Positions 33,648 to 44,397 of a stretch of 64,000 nucleotides of DNA are shown here, piece by piece; the first letter of the stretch is position 1, and the number at the start of each line of letters is the position of its first letter. Origin of the DNA: Piedraia hortae CBS 480.64. Lineage: Eukaryota. The notes beneath the pieces were generated by a model, which searched no databases, was not told where the DNA came from, and saw only the letters and a program-made list of their open reading frames with translations. The DNA is taken from assembly GCA_010093745.1 (NCBI GenBank), contig MU005959.1:300270-364269 (forward strand), read 5' to 3'. The position numbers and the translations under genes were made by a program.

Positions 33648-35516
33648 TCAAACCTTCTCAACCCTCTCCAACCTCTCCTTCGCCACATCCAATCCTGCCC
33701 CATCCGCATCCTGTCTAAACTCCTCATCACGCGCCGCATCCTCAGCATGGACCTTACGATGCGCACTTGACGCGGGCCGAATTTCAAATAATCGATCCAT
33801 CGACTCTAGCGGAATGCCCTTCGTCTCTGGGATAAGGAACCATACGAAAACAACTGTTCTCGCGTTAGCCATACTCTACGGATAGGGAAGGGGACGGACT
33901 GGAAAGTAACATCATCGATGCGAAGAAGTAGTATACGCCGCAGCCTGAGGGGCCCACTTTACACATTAGTTGGCCATTCTCCACGGGAGAGGGATGGAAG
34001 GGGATGGACATACTAGCATCAAACATATCCGGCGTGAAACGACTGATGATAAAATTCCAGAACCAGTTATTCGCGGCTGCGGAGGCCTGGCCTAGGGAGC
34101 GGGTGCTTTGGTCGAAGATTTCTGAATTCAAGACCCAGGGAGTTCCGTTCCAGGTTGGAGTGTAGAATGCTGTCCAGAGATAGAAGAAGAATATAGCTGC
34201 GATTCCGCCGGGGCCGAGAGAGGTTTCCTTTGGACCGGCTGTGACGTCTGTGCCTTGGATGTAGCCTCCGATGATCCACATGCAGATTGACCCGCCTAGG
34301 GCTCCGACTAGGAGGAGTTTGCGACGACCGAGACGGTCGATGAGGAAGAAGAGCCAGATTAGAGTGAGACAGGTTTTGACTACGCCGAAGATTCCCGTGG
34401 TGAGGAAGCCGGCGTTGGTGCCATTTACGCCGATGGATTTGAAGACTGTGGGGGAGTAGTAGTTGACTGGGAGGGATGTTAGGGGCGTGGGTGGATGGTT
34501 TGGGGGTTAGACTGACTGGCATTGATTCCAGAGCCGTTTTGCCAGAGAAAGAGCATGCCTCCGAGGAGAAACCGGTATTGCGTCTTTCGGCTTCGTGCGA
34601 CTGCTCGAAAAGGGCTCCAAAAACCGGACCCAACGCCTCGGGATTGCTCCGCCAAAGCGCTGTCGATTAGAGCTACTTCCTCGACCATGTAAAGTTCGTC
34701 GCTGGCCAGATGTCGTATCCAAGTTAGATTTTTCAGGGCTTCTTCTCTTCTGCCTTTGGAGAATAGCCATCTAGGGCTCTCCTTGACCCAAAAGGAGCCA
34801 ATGAACAGCAATCCACAGGGAATGAGCTGAATGGCAAAGGGTATGAGCCTGATAATTCTTTAGTTGACCGTTTTTGGGAATGTGATATAACAAACCATTG
34901 CTTTCGACTAGGGGCCATGGTCTTGGAAAGTCCATAGTTGATCCAGAAACCCACAAGGCCACCAATTTGCCAACCGAGTTCGTAGATGCCAACGAGACGG
35001 CCACGAACGGCGGGTGGAGCCAGCTCAGAGATGTAAATTGGAACAATCATGGAGCACGCTCCCACACCGATTCCAGCCAAAACTCTCCCGCCATAGATGA
35101 GACCAAGACCCCGCTCGCCCGTTGCACCTGTCATGAGACCCGCCCCAACGAGGAAGATTAAACTCCACATGGTCAGAGAGTACTTGCGACCTAGATAGAA
35201 GGCGGATGCATAGGCGAAAATGCTGCCAAAGAAGGCTCCCGCCTGATAGACGGAAACGATGTTGGCCTTGATGAGGGAGAGGTTTTTCCTCTCCTTGAAA
35301 TGAAACTCATTCTCAAAGGAGGGTAGCGCGAGTGTGGTGCCGATGAAGGCGCTGTCATAACCAATCTGTTGGGACACGTCAATACTGACTCGGTAGGACT
35401 ATGGTTAGGCGCACGGTGCATGATGCGGCGGAAGCTATAGCTGCACAAGCGTAAACGCGCCAATTGTAGACTGCCTTTGGAGTGGGCCGATCCTCGACTA
35501 GGGTAAGCAGGCCCAT
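33648..35516 (-). CDS. qutD: Quinate permease (QutD/QA-Y, MFS sugar-porter family), several introns
   Basis: MGLLTLVEDRPTPKAVYNWRVY|IGYDSAFIGTTL, PIYISELAPPAVRGRLVG, ESPRWL, WQNGSGINA, WNGTPWV, IPETKG. Confidence 0.95.
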
Positions 35517-35730
35517 GACTTTTTGACAGAAACGACGTTCCCCGTGGGGTTCTCAAGCCTATTTAAGGAGAATCCCGCAAAAGAACAGTCGTGTTCGGCC
35601 TGTCTTCTGGGAAGAGACTTTTTCCGGGGTAAGATCGCCACCCGGCTGGGAAGTCGGCGATGCGCGATGATGGTTCAAAAGTCAAATAGGCTATATAACA
35701 TGATCATGGCCAGTTACACCATCGGACGGG

Positions 35731-36710
35731 ATGGATGTCTCTTGCCCAGACCCTGATGTGAGCCACTTGGAGCGGCATTGTTACCTCTTTGGTTATCCCA
35801 TAGCCCATTCCATGAGCCCTCGTCTCCACCAATCCATCTATGATGCCCTTGGTCTGCGATGGGGTCAGCAATACTTGCCCTCATTGGATATGGCTCAGTT
35901 CCTCCGTCTTATAAAGCATCCAAAATGCTTTGGTACGTTGATCAATGAGACGTATCTCACCGAGGAAGTATTGACGGGTCAGGCTCGGCCGTCACCATGC
36001 CCCATAAGATGGCCGTCATGGAGCATCTTGACGAACTGACACAAGAGTGCGTTAAGGTAGGCGCGTGCAACACCGTTTACCGTCGCGGCTCGCGCCTTAT
36101 TGGCACAAACACCGACACGGTAGGAGTGAGGGAAAGCTTCTACCAGAACGTGTCCGATCCTGATCAGATCTTTCACGGTCGACCCGGGTTAGTTCTTGGC
36201 GGAGGGGGTGCAGCAAGATCAGCTGTCTACGCATTGATCCACTCCATGAAATGCACAGGAGTATATCTTGTGAACCGTGACGTCAAAGAAGTCACAGCTC
36301 TGATTGATTGGTGCAAATCTCAGGGATATGGCGATGATCTGATACATGTCCGCACGCCCGAGCAGGCAGCGAGCCTTCCGGGAGCAGGCGCCATTGTTGC
36401 CTGTATTCCCAACTTCACCCCCGCTACTGCGGAGGAGATGGAGGCTCGAGCTGTCTTCCAAGCATTTCTGTCCAAAACACACAAGGGTGCAATGCTCGAG
36501 ATGTGCTACCACCCAATAGTGCGGACTGAGATCTTCATCTTGGCTGAGACAGCTGGTTGGCAGGTCATCATGGGCACCGAAGCCGTCATCTATCAAGGAA
36601 TCGAGCAGGATATTCTTTGGACCGGCGTAGATCGGGCAGACATGCCAGTTCAGGCTGCTAAGGATGGCATGGCACGAGCACTTGCACAGTCATTGGCACA
36701 TAAATTGTAA
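35731..36710 (+). CDS. qutB: Quinate/shikimate dehydrogenase (QutB/QA-3), one intron
   Basis: YLFGYPIAHSMSP, VTMPHK, GACNT, GTNTDTVG, LGGGGAARSAVYAL, LEMCYHP; TATA-like CTATATAA at 35691. Confidence 0.92.
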
Positions 36711-36715
36711 TCCGT

Positions 36716-37737
36716 CTAGTCAACATCAGGTACAGGCAAGCCATCCACGAATCTTATCTTTTGACCCAACTTTTCCATCGCCAGGCGGGCATTCTTCTCA
36801 CGCAATTGCTTTACTTCCTCGTCAGTAGCTAAAACGAACTGATGGCTGATCAGTTTGCTCCCTTCTTTCACATCATATTTCTTGGCCTGTTCTGCGTTGA
36901 TTGTGCCAAGATCGATGACCAGTGATTGTTTTACGCCAAAGACAGCGTCCGATGCCTCGTACTTGTCACCGCTGATATAGAGTGAAGTAATCAGAGGATC
37001 GAAGCCTGAAGCTTCAAATTTAAAATGAATGTGGGCCTGTGCCAGTCAGCAACTTCTTTGTGCTAACTGCAGCATCCACCTACCGGCCTCCAATTATGTC
37101 TCTTTAACTGCCTCAACAAGACACCTACTGGACCATCATCTGGGATTGGATATGAGACTGGCACAATGGCTTTGAACCAGAAAACACCGTTAGCATCGCT
37201 GTGCATGATGGCACGCTGGTCCGGGCCATCACGACCAGGGTACTGGACGTCGTAAAAGCCTTTACTATCAGTCTCCCAGATATCTATCTTGGCACCTGGA
37301 ATTGGTCGTCCATGGGTGTCTTTTAACTCGCAGAGCACCAGACATGACTCTCCTTCCGGGTCGTGAGCAATGGTAGCCCCGTTTGACGCAATTTCGGCCT
37401 CGTGCGAATGAAAAGGCCCGAGGACGGTGCCTTCGGTCGACTTTGGTGGTTTAGGGTGGTCTATGGAATCGACTAGGAGGGAAAGCCCCAGGACATCTGA
37501 TAGCAGGATGAACTCCTGGCGTACATCCGTACATTTTTGACCGACGGCCGTTAGAAAGAGTAGACCGGTCGTCCATTCATCATAACTCAACCGGGTCTCA
37601 CGTGCAAAGTCATGCAAGTGTTGTACCAGTCGTTCAAGAATGTATTTGAGGCGAGGGTTCTCACATCCCGAGTTGACGAGTTTGACGTTCTCGGTGATGT
37701 TGTCGATAGTCAAGTCTTTGAGAGCAGGGGCGGTCAT
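36716..37737 (-). CDS. Intradiol ring-cleavage dioxygenase (catechol/hydroxyquinol/protocatechuate type), one intron
   Basis: HLHDFARETRL, EFILLSDVLG, TEGTVLGPF, GFYDVQY, YPIPDDGPVG, WRP|AHIHF, SDAVFGVK; ends DGLPVPDVD*. Confidence 0.92.
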
Positions 37738-37885
37738 TATAGGTGACTACGGGTTGGATTGATTGCTAAGGACCTCCGAGGCGGGGTTGCAATTGCCGGG
37801 CAACGATGGAGCCACCAAAGTGCGGTCAACCTTTTTTTATCTGATCTCTTTCATTCCCATCACCTCGGCCGCAAGAAGAGGCTGA

Positions 37886-38340
37886 ATGGCTACTGGTAGC
37901 GGGGCTGAGACTTCTGCAGTGAAGAAGCAACCTGGTCGACGTAAGCTAATCACCACCGAAGTGGGACTTGTGCGTAAAAAGGTACTGTATGTCTTTCGCT
38001 TCTGATACAAACAGGTGGTTAGAGACCGTCTGCTTGACCCAGACAATGTAGGAAATCCAAGTGTACAAGATCTGATCGACGTAGTCCACGAAGAGTGTGG
38101 TATTACCTGTAGTCAACGCACAATGTACAGGTTTCGAGCCAAATGACTGCATGTAATTGAATGCGAGGAGAAGGGCAAGCCTCTGGACGACAAGATCCTC
38201 CTTTGCCTTGATGAGACTCATCTTAGTTACTTTCCTCTGCAATCTCCTATCATTGGAGAAGAGCCATCGCAGCTATCTTTCTTGATCTACACAAACCCTG
38301 AGGATCGATCAATAGAATCCTGGCTGAGAGACACGCTTTG
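37886..38340 (+). pseudogene. Possible Tc1/mariner-like transposase relic
   Basis: One frame with in-frame TGA stops: PGRRKLIT...VQDLIDVVHEECGITCSQRTMYR (HTH-like)...ILLCLDETH (resembles the first DDE aspartate). Confidence 0.35.
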
Positions 38341-38547
38341 ACCCGGACAAGATGGACGACACTGAGGTTAGTGATTAGAGTAATCTATCGTACAGCGATG
38401 GTGAGTAATGCACATTGTACAGCCCGTGGATTCAACCCAACACCTTGCTATGCCATGAATGAATGTGCCAAACGTCAACTCGGAGGCGGTTTCTGGTCTG
38501 TGTGTTTTAATCGCTGCATCTATCCCAGCGTCAGCAACGCTCCAGCC

Positions 38548-39039
38548 TCAGTTCCGGTAGAGTCTTGGCCTCCAAGCCCTTTCTTCCGCGTCTTGAGCTG
38601 CCTCACGTACCTCCATCTCAATTCTTTCTCGTGCGCGCAGCACTTTGCTCTGCAGGTAGAAGCTTCCGCCTTTCTTGGGATCGTTTAGGTCATAAAGCCG
38701 CTTGAACTTGGAGTGGACGGCATCGATGTTGAAAGGGGTCTTGTCTTTGGGAGGCGCAACGTCGAGAATTTTGCATGCCTCAACCAGCGTCAGTCGGGAC
38801 GAGCCCAGGGAACCGGAGCCACCGGATCCGTTTGCTGCTGCGTGTCTCTTTGCAGGCAGTCAGCCACTGCACAGATGGGCATGCAACTCGGAACCTACCT
38901 GCGATGATGCGGCCTGTTTATAGGCTTCGGCGAACGCCTTTCCAACCACCCTGGCGCCAGTGAAGACGACTTGGGAGATTATGCGATGGGCCTTTTGCAG
39001 TTAGCAGACACCAGCTGTGACCAGGGCGGAACTTACCAT
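38548..39039 (-). CDS. PAM16: Mitochondrial import motor subunit Pam16/Tim16 (introns)
   Basis: M|AHRIISQVVFTGARVVGKAFAEAYKQA...LTLVEACKILDV...NDPKKGGSFYLQSKVLRARERIE. Missed by the ORF track because of introns. Confidence 0.93.
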
Positions 39040-39158
39040 GTGGGATTTGGGCGGTGCAAAAGTTCGCGACAGAATTCGGCGTCATCCCGGGAGTCACATG
39101 TCACAACGGCGTCACATGCGTCACCGCGAATGGCCAAAACCTCGTATAGTCGTCCGCC

Positions 39159-40475
39159 ATGCCCATGGCTGCCATTGACACGCCGTGGATGGACGGAATG
39201 GGCGATAAACGGCAGCGGCGTGGAACTGGCGACTCGACTGAGCCCACCGTCGCCGCTTTTGCTCCCAACCAGCACACGGCCAGCCAGCGGCACAGCGGCG
39301 CCGGCGTCCTCATACACCAGAAGAGCCCGTTGCTGATTGCTACACCACCACAGGTAACGAGGGCGCTCGCATACAGCCATCCCTTCATCCTGCTGCTGAA
39401 CTACGCTGTCGGTCTACTGTCCTGGACGACGGGTGACTACTGGCAGAGCTTCTTGCTGCTATGCGCCTTCTGGTTCGCCGTTCTCTACGGCGAGGAAGCT
39501 GTAAGGTGGGCAGGTCCACTGCTACTGGCCGTGACTCTGATTATGGCCATGTTTTTACAACATCGAAGCTCGTTGCCTCATCATCCAGAGTCGCAGGAAC
39601 ACAAAACCCTAGACGAAATTCTCGAGACTCTGCAGACCTTCACCAGCCGCTGCGACGTCCTCTTGGATCCGCTGTATAACCTTGTCGAATGCCTTAGTTT
39701 CTCTCCACCAACGCCCACCTTGCTCCGCATCCTCGCCGTCCTACCGTTCTGGATCGCCCTGGCCTCGCCTCCGCTGCACATTGTCACCTTCAAACGCGTG
39801 CTTCTCGTGGTGGGAACGCTGGCACTGAGCTGGCATTCGCCTCCAGCTCGCGTGACGAGGACATTGCTCTGGCGCAGCCGTATGGTACGACGGACGGCGG
39901 CCTACCTTACTGCGCTACCCGTGCTGTCTCACGAAGCAGCTGGACAGCCAGCGCGGAGCACACCAGCGAACGCCAAGCCTGGCCTTCGCTTCACGTTCAG
40001 CGTGTACGAGAACCAGCGTCGCTGGGTCGGCCTGGGCTGGACACCTTCCCTTCTGGCCTACGAACGCGAGCCATGGACCGACGAACATCACAATCCCAGC
40101 GCCTCGCCGGATGATTTCAAGCTCCCTGAAACGGATCCTTCAACATCGTCCCACTGGCGCTGGGCCCCAAACAGCGAATGGCGTGTGCTCAAACTGGGGG
40201 CCGGCGACGATGGCTGGGTCTACTATGATAACAGGTGGCATTCAGCCTCTAACCACGACAGTTGGACGAAATACACCCGGAGACGAAAGTGGATGCGTGA
40301 TGCTGAGCTCGTGGAGGGCGATGAACCTCAGACGGTGCAGAGTCGGTTAGGCACGCCGCAAATGCAAAGCAAGAAGAGGATTGTAAGCGGTGGGAGCCAT
40401 TCAAGTGATAGCGGCTACGCAAACCCCGATCCATCGGCTAGTGTGGATGAGGGTGTTGCTCCGAGCTTGTCATGA
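39159..40475 (+). CDS. Pex23/Pex30-family peroxin (Pex24p/dysferlin domain)
   Basis: Hydrophobic N-terminal half; FSVYENQRRWVGLGW, EPWTD, GWVYYDNRW, KYTRRRKWMRDAEL. Confidence 0.88.
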   Translation: MPMAAIDTPWMDGMGDKRQRRGTGDSTEPTVAAFAPNQHTASQRHSGAGVLIHQKSPLLIATPPQVTRALAYSHPFILLLNYAVGLLSWTTGDYWQSFLLLCAFWFAVLYGEEAVRWAGPLLLAVTLIMAMFLQHRSSLPHHPESQEHKTLDEILETLQTFTSRCDVLLDPLYNLVECLSFSPPTPTLLRILAVLPFWIALASPPLHIVTFKRVLLVVGTLALSWHSPPARVTRTLLWRSRMVRRTAAYLTALPVLSHEAAGQPARSTPANAKPGLRFTFSVYENQRRWVGLGWTPSLLAYEREPWTDEHHNPSASPDDFKLPETDPSTSSHWRWAPNSEWRVLKLGAGDDGWVYYDNRWHSASNHDSWTKYTRRRKWMRDAELVEGDEPQTVQSRLGTPQMQSKKRIVSGGSHSSDSGYANPDPSASVDEGVAPSLS

Positions 40476-40668
40476 TACTGTTATGAGACTCATACTATGT
40501 ACAATGATAATTCACGACCTTTTGACTAAGAGTACAAAGTACCAAGATGTAGTCTCCGGGCCGAACCGTCTTGGCAGAGCACACTGTGCCCACAGTACGG
40601 CTTTTTACCACCCGAAAGACCCTTTAAATGAAGACGACACCACTATCATCTCTCCTACATAACCTATC

Positions 40669-42624
40669 TCAACCCTTCCTCCTAACCAGCCCCTTCCAAA
40701 AATCAAAACTATTAGCATCACTCTGCAACTCGACCCTCCTCCCCGTCTCCAGCTCCTCCGCAACCAACAAGCCCCAATCAGTCGTAATCCCCTTAATCCT
40801 CGCCTTCACCCCACCCTCCCCCTCAAGAACCACAACCTGACCCTCATGCAACCACGCATCATAAAAATCCCTCTCAAAGAGTTTATCAAACCCTGTCCTC
40901 TGAAACCTAGCATACAACCTCTCAAACTCCGTCAACACACCCGCCAGCAACCTCTCCATCTGCGGGGCCGGCAGGTCCCCTTTCTCTTCCACAACCTGCG
41001 CCAAAGAAACCGTAGGTTTCCTGTTATGCACATTAATCCCCACGCCGACCAGGAGCGTAAAGTCTCCCTTGCTGGGGTCGTACGTGGACGTAACCAATAT
41101 TCCCCCGATTTTCACATACCCCTTACCCACGCGCGCGTGGATGTCGTTAGGCCATTTGATTTTTACCGGGAGGGTAGAGTACTCTTTCGAGTAGGTCTTT
41201 ATTCCGGAGATGATTGCTAAAGCGGCGATGTATTGGATTAATGCCACTGGGGCGGTTTGGGATAATGTGCGTTTGTGGCGGAGGAGGAGAGTGAACATTA
41301 GACTCCCCTGGGGTGAGACCCAGATGTTACTGCCCCGGCCGCGGCCGGCGAGTTGGGTTGTTGCTACCGCTACGAGACCCACGGGGAGGTGAGAGAGGAG
41401 GGTTGGGTTTTTTTCGAGGAGGGTGGTGGTGCTTGTTACGACTTCGCCGTAGAGGAGGGTGCGGCCGAAGGGAGTGGGAGAGTGGCAGTCCGACGGGTGA
41501 TCCCATTTTGTGCTTTGGCGGGTTTGCGATAGGTGGGTGAAGAAGGTAGTGTGGTTGAAGTAGGGAGTTGTTTTTGCGGTGGGGAGGTCAACACAGGGGA
41601 TGAGGTGTTTCGTGATGTTGCCGTGGTCGTTGGTATGCTGGGATTCTGTATTGGTGGGAGCTGTATAGGGTTGGAGGACGAATGTGTCGTTTTCTCCGCG
41701 GATGACTTCTCTCCCATCTTCGGTGGTTACTACTCCTGCCGCCCGCAAGTTTTGAATCATCTGGGAGACGTCTCCTGCGCTTGAGGAGAGGTATAGAGGG
41801 GACAGGTTAGGTGTTTGGTTCGTTCCTTTGCTTACGGTTAGTCCTAGCTTGCTCAAGCAAGCCTTCATAAAATTGATGCGCTTTTGATCGTCTGCTTTAA
41901 GAGCAGCCACGGATTCGGGATAGTCTGGAGGGCCTGAAGGGTCGTCAGGGTCCAAATTTTCTCCTGCAAATTCTGGATGTGGACCAGTCAAGATAGCAGC
42001 TCCATCACCGACACGGCAATACACGACTGCTGCCCTCCCCTTCGACTCTACAACAGGCTCAGAAACATAGCTGGCTAGAACCTCCGTGCCGGGAAAGTCT
42101 GCAGCGTCTACAAAGACGCCACCTCCATTATAGTATGTTCTGAACTGATCCGGTGCGTTTGGAAGCGCCCTACGATTTACAGCCAATTCAGATGCCCGTG
42201 TACCAGCTTCGGAGTGGTAAATAAAGCCCGGAAAGGCGAGTCCTCGACAAGTCCCGGGGAAAAAAGCGAGTTCTCGATCACCTACAACTTCCAGTGCCCG
42301 GCCCTCTTCAAATTCACAACGACCACAGCCATAGTATCCACCCGCGCAGAAACCGAGGTATCGTCCTCCAAGGTCTACATATTGCTTGATACGTCGATTT
42401 CCAACTCCGTTTAGTTCTCGACAGTAGCCCAGGTCAGCACCACCGGGGATGACAAGCAAGGCACAGGAGGATGCCCAGGGTTCGTTGATAATTTGCTGTG
42501 CTGTGACGGGAAGAACAGCATAATTCGGGCCTAAAAGGCTGCGTAGAGAATCAATGGCGTATCGCACTGAGTAGAGGGTGGTTCCTTGGCCGGAATATAC
42601 CAGGACGTTGACTTTTGTAGACAT
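40669..42624 (-). CDS. BPL1: Biotin--protein ligase (holocarboxylase synthetase)
   Basis: BPL_N domain (NVLVYSG, PGGADLGY, GFCAGGYY, GPHPEF) plus catalytic domain (QLAGRGRGSNIWVSP, KWPNDI, KIGGIL, DANSFDF). Confidence 0.95.
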   Translation of the reverse strand: MSTKVNVLVYSGQGTTLYSVRYAIDSLRSLLGPNYAVLPVTAQQIINEPWASSCALLVIPGGADLGYCRELNGVGNRRIKQYVDLGGRYLGFCAGGYYGCGRCEFEEGRALEVVGDRELAFFPGTCRGLAFPGFIYHSEAGTRASELAVNRRALPNAPDQFRTYYNGGGVFVDAADFPGTEVLASYVSEPVVESKGRAAVVYCRVGDGAAILTGPHPEFAGENLDPDDPSGPPDYPESVAALKADDQKRINFMKACLSKLGLTVSKGTNQTPNLSPLYLSSSAGDVSQMIQNLRAAGVVTTEDGREVIRGENDTFVLQPYTAPTNTESQHTNDHGNITKHLIPCVDLPTAKTTPYFNHTTFFTHLSQTRQSTKWDHPSDCHSPTPFGRTLLYGEVVTSTTTLLEKNPTLLSHLPVGLVAVATTQLAGRGRGSNIWVSPQGSLMFTLLLRHKRTLSQTAPVALIQYIAALAIISGIKTYSKEYSTLPVKIKWPNDIHARVGKGYVKIGGILVTSTYDPSKGDFTLLVGVGINVHNRKPTVSLAQVVEEKGDLPAPQMERLLAGVLTEFERLYARFQRTGFDKLFERDFYDAWLHEGQVVVLEGEGGVKARIKGITTDWGLLVAEELETGRRVELQSDANSFDFWKGLVRRKG

Positions 42625-42699
42625 TTCAGGAAGAGTTTATGGAATTTACTTCAACGTCGTGTTAGTGCGGCCCGTTCCGACTTTTGCTCCAACAACAAA

Positions 42700-43078
42700 A
42701 TGTCAGGCTCAAAGCAGCCAGAGAAAGTTGTCAGCCAGGACGTAGACGACGAGGAGCCTGATGACTGGTGAGCTCTTCCTTCAACAGCCTCGCAAACTCA
42801 TGTGATTCAGGGACAAGCGAATTTACAGTACAGGATGCGCCAGTAAGAGCTAGACACTCCACACTCCGCACCACTATCAATTTCTGACGGTTGTCAGAGG
42901 AAAACACAAAGCTTAATGAGTGCTTTTTTGATAAGAAAGACTGGCGCGCGTGCAAGGACGAGGTGAGTATGTGGTCGCTAACTGGATGACACCACTCAAC
43001 GGAATACAGATGGAAGAGTTTAGACAGTGCTGGAAGCGCCAGGGAAATGACCAACGCACCGAGTCCAAAGACGCCTGA
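42700..43078 (+). CDS. COA4: Cytochrome c oxidase assembly factor Coa4 (twin CX9C), 3 introns
   Basis: Spliced product DEEPDDW|DKRIYSTGCA|KENTKLNECFFDKKDWRACKDE|MEEFRQCWKRQGNDQRT. Confidence 0.85.
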
Positions 43079-43191
43079 TAGGATAGAAGTCACACATTCA
43101 CGTTCATATTTTCACATTTCTCACCTGCGGTACCGCGCGTCATTGGCCCCACCCTCCCCTCTTCCCCTTCAACAGGAACGAACAGAACAAC

Positions 43192-44397
43192 ATGGAGACG
43201 GAGGCAGCCGCGGTTCCGGCGCAGAACAAGTCGTCATGGACGTCGTTTCTCAAGTCGATTGCGTCGTTCAACGACGACTTGTCGGCCATGACGGCGCCGG
43301 CGTTTATCCTGTCGACGACGTCTTTGACTGAGTTCTCCGCGTATTGGGCCGAGATGCCGCACCTTCTTGTTGCGCCGGCAAATGAGCAGGATCCGCGGAA
43401 GCGAGCCTTGTTGGTTCTCCGTTGGTTCCTTAGCACGCTGAAGCAGCAGTACGCGAGCCGCAACGAGAAGCTTGGATCGGAGAAGAAACCGCTGAACCCA
43501 TTCTTGGGCGAGCTGTTTCTTGGCCACTGGGACGACGAGAGCGGTCGAACCAATCTCATCAGCGAGCAGGTTAGCCACCACCCGCCCGTTACCGCATACA
43601 GCATCTGGAACGACCAGCACGGCGTCAGATTGGAGGGGTACAACGCGCAGAAGGCCTCATTCAGCCGCAGCATCAACGTGCGTCAGGTTGGCCATGCAGT
43701 CCTCCACCTAGACAAGTTCAACGAGGACTATCTCATCACACTGCCAAGCCTCCACATTGAGGGCCTCATCACGGGGGCACCCTTTGTAGAGCTCAACGGA
43801 AGCAGCTATATTGTCGGCTCCAACGGGTTCACCTCGCGCATAGACTATAGCGGTCGCGGCTGGGTGAGCGGCACGAGGAACAGCCTCACCGCATACCTCT
43901 ATCCGCACGGCAAATCCGGAAACAAACACGATTCCATCTACATCGCCGAGGGCTCATGGACGGACAAATTCGTCATCAAAGACGCGCATAAGAACGTCGT
44001 CAGCACGTATGATGCCAAAAACGAGACTAAGACGCCTCTCACCGTTAATCCGATCGAGCAACAGGACCCACTTGAGACCCGTCGTGCTTGGCGCAAAGTC
44101 GCCGACGCGATTCTCAAGGGCGACATGTCCCTGACTTCCGCTGAAAAAAGTAAGATCGAAGAACAGCAGCGCGCATTGCGGAAGAAAGAAGCAGCGGAGA
44201 ATAGAGAGTGGAATCGCATCTTCTTCTCCGGTGCGCAAAGCGCACCAGTTTTCGAGCGTCTAAGCAAAGAAGTCCCGTCCGCGAAACTGGAGGCTGATCA
44301 AACGAATGGCGTGTGGGCTTTTGACGTACAGAAAATGCAAAATGCCCGGCCGCCGTATAGTCAGTTGAGCGTGGAGTTGCAGAATGGGTGGTCGTAG
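43192..44397 (+). CDS. KES1: Oxysterol-binding protein Kes1/Osh4
   Basis: SSWTSFLKSIASFNDDLS, EKKPLNPFLGE, EQVSHHPP signature. Confidence 0.95.
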   Translation: METEAAAVPAQNKSSWTSFLKSIASFNDDLSAMTAPAFILSTTSLTEFSAYWAEMPHLLVAPANEQDPRKRALLVLRWFLSTLKQQYASRNEKLGSEKKPLNPFLGELFLGHWDDESGRTNLISEQVSHHPPVTAYSIWNDQHGVRLEGYNAQKASFSRSINVRQVGHAVLHLDKFNEDYLITLPSLHIEGLITGAPFVELNGSSYIVGSNGFTSRIDYSGRGWVSGTRNSLTAYLYPHGKSGNKHDSIYIAEGSWTDKFVIKDAHKNVVSTYDAKNETKTPLTVNPIEQQDPLETRRAWRKVADAILKGDMSLTSAEKSKIEEQQRALRKKEAAENREWNRIFFSGAQSAPVFERLSKEVPSAKLEADQTNGVWAFDVQKMQNARPPYSQLSVELQNGWS

